Shown piece by piece: positions 16,740-21,416 of a stretch of 21,416 nucleotides of DNA. The translations under genes and the position numbers were made by a program. Position 1 is the first letter of the stretch. Each line of letters opens with the position of its first letter. The notes under the pieces are model-generated. The model was not told the DNA's origin. It saw nothing but the letters and a program-made list of their open reading frames with translations, and made no database searches. The stretch comes from a virus, in the UHGV virus genome UHGV-1738141. One strand, written 5' to 3'.

Positions 16740-17815
16740 ACGACAATGTCACGCTACGGGTAAATGGCCGGGAGTGGAATGGCTGGACATCGGTGCGCAT
16801 CGGTGCCGGTATTGAACGGCTGGCGCGGGATTTCAGTGTGGAGATCACCCGCCAGTGGCCGGGAGATGAGGGTATCACCACGCTTCAGCCGCGCATTAAA
16901 AACGGTTCAAAAGTGGAAGTGCTGATTGGTGATGAGCTGGTGATCACCGGCTGGGTGGAGGCGACGCCCGTTCGTTACGATTCCCGTTCGGTCAGCACCG
17001 GTATTGCCGGACGTAGTCTGACGGCTGACCTGATTGACTGTGCAGCCGAACCGACACAGTTTAACGGACGCTCGCTGGTGCAGATTGCGCAGGCGCTTGC
17101 TGCGCCTTTCGGCATTGAGGTGGTGAACAGCGGTGCGCCGTCGGGTGTTATTCCTGATGTTCAGCCTGATCACGGTGAAACGGTGATTGAGGTAATCAAC
17201 AAAATACTCGGTCAGCAGCAGGCACTGGCTTACGACGACCCGCACGGCAGGCTGGTGATTGGCGGTATTGGCTCAACGCGGGCACATACTGCGCTGGTAC
17301 TCGGGGAAAACATCCTTTCCTGCGATACGGAGAAGAGTATCCGGGAGCGGTTTTCTGTTTACCAGGTGGCGGGGCAGCGTGCCGGAAACGACGATGATTT
17401 CGGTGAGGCCACCACCACCGCGCTGCGGGCCCGCACAGAGGACGCATTTATTGCCCGTTACCGTCCGATGTATATCAGGCAGACAGGGCAGGCTACGGGG
17501 GCAGGCTGTATTGCGCGTGCTGACTTTGAAGCCCGGCAACGGGCGGCGCGGACGGATGAAACCACCTATGTGGTGCAGGGCTGGCGACAGGGTAACGGTA
17601 CGCTGTGGCAGCCCAACCAGCGGGTGATTGTCTTTGATCCGGTCTGTGGTTTCGACAATACCGAACTGCTTGTTTCGGAAGTCACGTTTACTCAGGACCA
17701 GAACGGCACCCTGACGGAAATCCGTGTCGGCCCACCTGATGCTTATCTGCCTGAACCCGAAGCCCCCGGCGCGCGGAAAAAGAAAAAAGCCAGAGTACAG
17801 GAGGACCCGTTCTGA
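16736..17815 (+). CDS. Baseplate hub / tail protein (Mu gpP-like, P2 gpD-like)
   Basis: 359 aa; ATGA overlap with the preceding gene; synteny with the Mu N-P-45-46-47-48 order. Confidence 0.7.
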   Translation: MNDNVTLRVNGREWNGWTSVRIGAGIERLARDFSVEITRQWPGDEGITTLQPRIKNGSKVEVLIGDELVITGWVEATPVRYDSRSVSTGIAGRSLTADLIDCAAEPTQFNGRSLVQIAQALAAPFGIEVVNSGAPSGVIPDVQPDHGETVIEVINKILGQQQALAYDDPHGRLVIGGIGSTRAHTALVLGENILSCDTEKSIRERFSVYQVAGQRAGNDDDFGEATTTALRARTEDAFIARYRPMYIRQTGQATGAGCIARADFEARQRAARTDETTYVVQGWRQGNGTLWQPNQRVIVFDPVCGFDNTELLVSEVTFTQDQNGTLTEIRVGPPDAYLPEPEAPGARKKKKARVQEDPF

Positions 17816-18363
17816 TGAGGACGATTGAAGCCATGCAGCGACAACTCCTCGGCCTGATTGGGCGGGCAGTGGTGAAAAGCATCAGTGCCGCCACGAAATG
17901 TCAGACCGTGGATGTGTCCCTGATTGCCGGTGAACCCAAAGCCGGGGTTGAACATCTTGAACCCTACGGTTTTACCGCAAGGGCAAACAGCGGTGCGGAA
18001 GCGGTGGTGTTGTTTCCGGATGGCGACCGTTCTCATGCGGTGGTTGTTACGGTGTCGGACCGGCGCTACCGCCTGAAAGGGCTGCAGACGGGTGAGGTGG
18101 CTGTCTATGACGATCAGGGGCAGTCTGTGACGCTGACCCGGGAGGGGATCGTGGTGGACGGTGCAGGTAAAACGATCACGTTTCGCAATGCGCCCAGAGC
18201 ACGTTTTGAAATGGACCTGGAAGTGACCGGACAGGTGAAAGACCTGTGCGACTCCGGCGGTACCACCATGTCAGCGATGCGGCTTGCCTATAACGGGCAT
18301 CGTCACAGAGAGAACGGTCAGGGCAGTAACACCGACAAACCTGATAAAGCGATGGAGGCATGA
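17815..18363 (+). CDS. Baseplate assembly protein V / spike (Mu gp45-like)
   Basis: 182 aa; N-terminal MRTIEAMQRQLLGLIGRAVV and OB-fold-like body typical of gpV/gp45 proteins; caggagga RBS upstream. Confidence 0.75.
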   Translation: MRTIEAMQRQLLGLIGRAVVKSISAATKCQTVDVSLIAGEPKAGVEHLEPYGFTARANSGAEAVVLFPDGDRSHAVVVTVSDRRYRLKGLQTGEVAVYDDQGQSVTLTREGIVVDGAGKTITFRNAPRARFEMDLEVTGQVKDLCDSGGTTMSAMRLAYNGHRHRENGQGSNTDKPDKAMEA

Positions 18364-18788
18364 TGGAACTGTGGCTGACGGTGAACGGTAAACGCACCTG
18401 CGCCAGCGCACAGCTGGATCCGCTGACCCGCGCCGTGGTGATTTCCCTGTTTACCTGGCGGCGGGCGGAGCCTGATGACAACGCCGATGTCCCGATGGGA
18501 TGGTGGGGGGATACCTGGCCTGCGGTACAGAATGACCGTTACGGCTCCCGACTGTGGCTGCTTCAGCGCAGCAAACTGACCAATCAGCTGGTGCAGACGG
18601 TAAGGGGGTATATCCGCGAATGCCTGCAATGGATGATTGATGACGGCGTGGTGTCCCGTATTGATCTGGATATCCGCCGCACCGGGATTAATGAACTGGG
18701 TAACAGTATCACTCTCTGGCGTCGTGACGGACCGGTAATGATTTCTTTTGATGATCTGTGGAGTGCGATAACGCATGGCGGACAGTGA
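18360..18788 (+). CDS. Baseplate wedge protein (Mu gp46-like, gpW/gp25-like)
   Basis: 142 aa; overlaps neighbours on both sides; follows the gpV-like gene. Confidence 0.65.
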   Translation: MMELWLTVNGKRTCASAQLDPLTRAVVISLFTWRRAEPDDNADVPMGWWGDTWPAVQNDRYGSRLWLLQRSKLTNQLVQTVRGYIRECLQWMIDDGVVSRIDLDIRRTGINELGNSITLWRRDGPVMISFDDLWSAITHGGQ

Positions 18789-19833
18789 ATTTCAGCGCCC
18801 GACGCTGGCAGAAAATATCAGTATGCTCCGTAACGATTTATTCGCCAGGCTGGACGTCAGCGACACGCTCCGGCGCATGGATGAAGACGTGCGGGCAAAG
18901 GTGTATGCGGCGGCGCTGCATACGGTTTACGGTTACATCGATTATCTGGCAATGAACATGCTGCCTGACCTGTGCGATGAGTCCTGGCTGGCGCGACATG
19001 CTGCGATGAAACGGTGTCCGCGCAAGGGGGCCACGGCTGCCAGCGGGTATATGCGCTGGGAAGGTGTCAGCGATGGCCTGAAGGTGACCGCCGGGAGTGT
19101 TATTCAGCGCGATGACCTGGTGCAGTACACGACAACTGACGATGCAACCAGCTCCGGTGGTGTCCTGCGCGTGCCGATCACTTGCTCAACTACAGGCGCG
19201 GTCGGTAACGCTGACGACGGTACGGCATTAATCCTGGTCACGCCGGTGAATGGTCTGCCGTCTTCCGGTGTTGCAGATACCCTGACTGGCGGATTTGATA
19301 CTGAAGAGCTGGAAACGTGGCGCGCCCGCGTCATTGAGCGGTATTACTGGACGCCTCAGGGCGGGGCTGACGGGGACTATGTCGTCTGGGCTAAAGAAGT
19401 GTCAGGCATTACCCGTGCATGGACATACCGCCACTGGATGGGAACGGGGACTGTCGGTGTGATGATTGCCAGCAGTGACCTGATTAATCCCATTCCGGAA
19501 GAATCAACGGAAACGGCGGCAAGACAACACATTGAGCCACTGGCCCCGGTGGCAGGCTCTGATTTGTATGTATTCAGGCCGGTGGCGCATAAAGTGGATT
19601 TTCATATCCGCGTGACGCCGGACACACCGGAAATACGGGCTGCCATCACCGCGGAGTTGCGTTCGTTCCTGCTGCGTGATGGTTATCCGCAGGGAGAACT
19701 GAAGGTATCGCGTATCAGTGAGGCGATTTCCGGTGCGAACGGGGAATACAGCCATCAGTTGCTTGCACCGGCAGACAATATCTCCATTGCAAAAAATGAA
19801 CTGGCGGTTCTGGGGACGATTTCATGGACGTGA
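18775..19833 (+). CDS. Baseplate J-like protein (Mu gp47-like)
   Basis: 352 aa; synteny between the gp46-like and gp48-like genes. Confidence 0.75.
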   Translation: MADSEFQRPTLAENISMLRNDLFARLDVSDTLRRMDEDVRAKVYAAALHTVYGYIDYLAMNMLPDLCDESWLARHAAMKRCPRKGATAASGYMRWEGVSDGLKVTAGSVIQRDDLVQYTTTDDATSSGGVLRVPITCSTTGAVGNADDGTALILVTPVNGLPSSGVADTLTGGFDTEELETWRARVIERYYWTPQGGADGDYVVWAKEVSGITRAWTYRHWMGTGTVGVMIASSDLINPIPEESTETAARQHIEPLAPVAGSDLYVFRPVAHKVDFHIRVTPDTPEIRAAITAELRSFLLRDGYPQGELKVSRISEAISGANGEYSHQLLAPADNISIAKNELAVLGTISWT

Positions 19834-20408
19834 CAAACGATGATTACATCCGCCTGTTATCGGCACTGTTGCCGCCCGGTCCTGCATGGTCAGCCAGCGA
19901 TCCGGCGATTGCCGGTGCGGCACCTTCATTAACCCGCGTTCATCAGCGTGCGGATGCCCTGATGCGGGAGCTGGATCCGCGCACCACCACTGAACTGATA
20001 AACCGCTGGGAGCGTCTGTGCGGTCTGCCGGATGAATGTATTCCCGCAGGGACACAGACCCTTCGCCAGCGTCAGCAACGGCTGGATGCGAAGGTTAATC
20101 TGGCGGGCGGCATCAATGAGGATTTTTACCTTGCACAGCTTGCTGCCCTGGGCAGACCAGACGCCACTATCACGCGATACGATAAAAGCACGTTCACCTG
20201 CTCATCGGCCTGTACTGACGCAGTGAATGCGCCGGAATGGCGGTATTACTGGCAGGTCAACATGCCAGCCGCCACCAACACCACCTGGATGACATGTGGC
20301 GATCCCTGTGATTCCGCACTGCGTATCTGGGGCGACACCGTTGTCGAGTGCGTGCTTAACAAACTCTGCCCTTCGCATACCTACGTAATTTTTAAATATC
20401 CGGAGTAA
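19824..20408 (+). CDS. Tail protein, DUF2313 (Mu gp48-like, YmfQ-like)
   Basis: 194 aa; N-terminus [22 protein letters not shown] and position between baseplate J and the tail fibre, as for ymfQ in e14-type prophages. Confidence 0.65.
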   Translation: MDVTNDDYIRLLSALLPPGPAWSASDPAIAGAAPSLTRVHQRADALMRELDPRTTTELINRWERLCGLPDECIPAGTQTLRQRQQRLDAKVNLAGGINEDFYLAQLAALGRPDATITRYDKSTFTCSSACTDAVNAPEWRYYWQVNMPAATNTTWMTCGDPCDSALRIWGDTVVECVLNKLCPSHTYVIFKYPE

Positions 20409-20411
20409 TCC

Positions 20412-21116
20412 ATGCATCGTATAGACACGAAAACCGCGCAGAAGGATAAGTTCGGCGCGGGTAAGAACGGTTTTACCCGTGGTAACCCCCAGACCGGCAC
20501 ACCTGCCACCGATCTGGATGATGACTACTTTGACATGTTGCAGGAAGAACTTTGTAGCGTGGTGGAGGCCTCCGGTGCCAGCCTGGAGAAAGGGCGGCAT
20601 GACCAGATGCTTACCGCACTTCGTGCGCTGCTGTTAAGCCGCAAGAATCCGTTTGGCGATATCAAATCGGATGGCACTGTGCAAACGGCTCTCGAAAACC
20701 TTAGTTTAGGAGAAGGCTCAGCATTGCCTGTTGGCGTACCTGTTCCGTGGCCTTCAGTCACACCGCCAACAGGCTGGCTGAAATGCAACGGTGCAGCTTT
20801 TTCTGCCGAAGAGTATCCGGAACTGGCAAAAGTTTATCCGACAAATAAATTGCCAGATTTACGCGGCGAATTCATTCGTGGGTGGGATGATGGAAGAGGA
20901 ATTGATTCAGGACGGACTCTCCTGTCTGCTCAGGACGGGAGCATTGAGGCACACGGCCATGATTACAATGGGGCCATCTATACTTCTAGCGGTCCTTCCT
21001 GGGCTAATACGACGGATGCGGGACACCGGGCATATTCGGGATTTACATCATCATATGGCGGGAGCGAAACCCGTCCACGAAATATTGCATTTAACTATAT
21101 CGTGAGGGCTGCATAA
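20412..21116 (+). CDS. Tail fibre protein with C-terminal phage tail-collar domain
   Basis: 234 aa; ggag RBS at 20402-20405. C-terminal collar-like pattern [37 protein letters not shown]...[17 protein letters not shown]; followed by a tfa-like gene. Confidence 0.75.
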   Translation: MHRIDTKTAQKDKFGAGKNGFTRGNPQTGTPATDLDDDYFDMLQEELCSVVEASGASLEKGRHDQMLTALRALLLSRKNPFGDIKSDGTVQTALENLSLGEGSALPVGVPVPWPSVTPPTGWLKCNGAAFSAEEYPELAKVYPTNKLPDLRGEFIRGWDDGRGIDSGRTLLSAQDGSIEAHGHDYNGAIYTSSGPSWANTTDAGHRAYSGFTSSYGGSETRPRNIAFNYIVRAA

Positions 21117-21361
21117 TGGATAACGCCGTATTAAATAGCGAGCTTATTGCCACGAAGGCGGGGAATATTACTGTTTATAACTATGATGGTGAGACGCGGG
21201 AATATATTTCTGCATCAACTGAATATCTTGCAGTGGGTGTCGGTATTCCAGCATATTCCTGTTTAGACGCTCCTGGTACATCTAAGGCTGGTTATACAAT
21301 TTGCCGTTCTGTGGATTTAAAATCATGGGAATATGTGTCAGACCATCAAGCGTTTCGATGA
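21116..21361 (+). CDS. Tail fibre assembly protein, N-terminal domain only (81 aa; possibly truncated or frameshifted)
   Basis: VYNYDGETREYIS...GIPAYS...SWEYVSDH matches the conserved N-terminal pattern of Tfa proteins. The ORF stops right after DH, where full-length Tfa proteins continue. Confidence 0.6.
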   Translation: MDNAVLNSELIATKAGNITVYNYDGETREYISASTEYLAVGVGIPAYSCLDAPGTSKAGYTICRSVDLKSWEYVSDHQAFR

Positions 21362-21416
21362 GAAGAATGGTGCAAAACAGGAATTGTTGCCGGAATTTAA
21401 AGATGAGGAGGATCAA
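21333..21416 (+). CDS. 5' end of an ORF running off the window (MCQTIKRFDEKNGAKQELLPEFKDEEDQ...); possibly the frameshifted continuation of tfa or a separate downstream gene
   Basis: Open in the +1 frame relative to tfa from 21321 to the window edge, with ATG at 21333. Hydrophilic, coding-like composition. Confidence 0.3.
   Translation, partial: MCQTIKRFDEKNGAKQELLPEFKDEEDQ

Noticed and set aside
21360-21416. Possible Hin/Gin/Pin-type invertase crossover site at the fibre/tfa boundary
   Set aside because: I could not find the characteristic 26-bp imperfect palindrome in the visible sequence; any such site would lie beyond the window.
1-21416. CRISPR arrays, tRNA/rRNA genes, integrase/att sites, IS elements, toxin-antitoxin pairs
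   Set aside because: No direct-repeat/spacer periodicity, no tRNA-like cloverleaf candidates, no recombinase- or transposase-like ORFs were seen; the window is an internal late-gene block.

Overview
This 21.4 kb window is almost entirely one co-directional (+ strand) late-gene block of a tailed, enterobacterial-type prophage. I found no clear novel multi-gene system within it; the unexplained items are small and are listed as findings. All protein-family calls are from reading the translations and recalling families from memory; no database search was run. Gene order: a small winged-helix ORF, an orphan beta-class DNA amino-methyltransferase, a lambda-type lysis cassette (S-family holin, R endolysin, Rz with embedded Rz1), a ~360 bp non-coding gap with hairpins, HNH endonuclease, small and large terminase, a tiny unlisted membrane ORF, HK97-type portal, prohead protease and major capsid protein, head-tail joining proteins, then a Mu-type contractile tail (sheath, tube, frameshifted chaperone pair, tape measure, DNA-circulation protein, baseplate proteins, DUF2313-like protein, collar-domain tail fibre, tail-fibre assembly protein). 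The architecture is a mosaic of lambda-like lysis genes, HK97-like head and Mu-like tail, as in e14/SfV-type phages. No tRNA, rRNA, CRISPR array, integrase or IS element was seen. Almost all reverse-strand ORFs in the track lie inside these forward genes and are treated as spurious. The tail-fibre assembly gene at the right edge ends prematurely and an overlapping ORF runs off the window, so any cargo beyond 21416 cannot be assessed.
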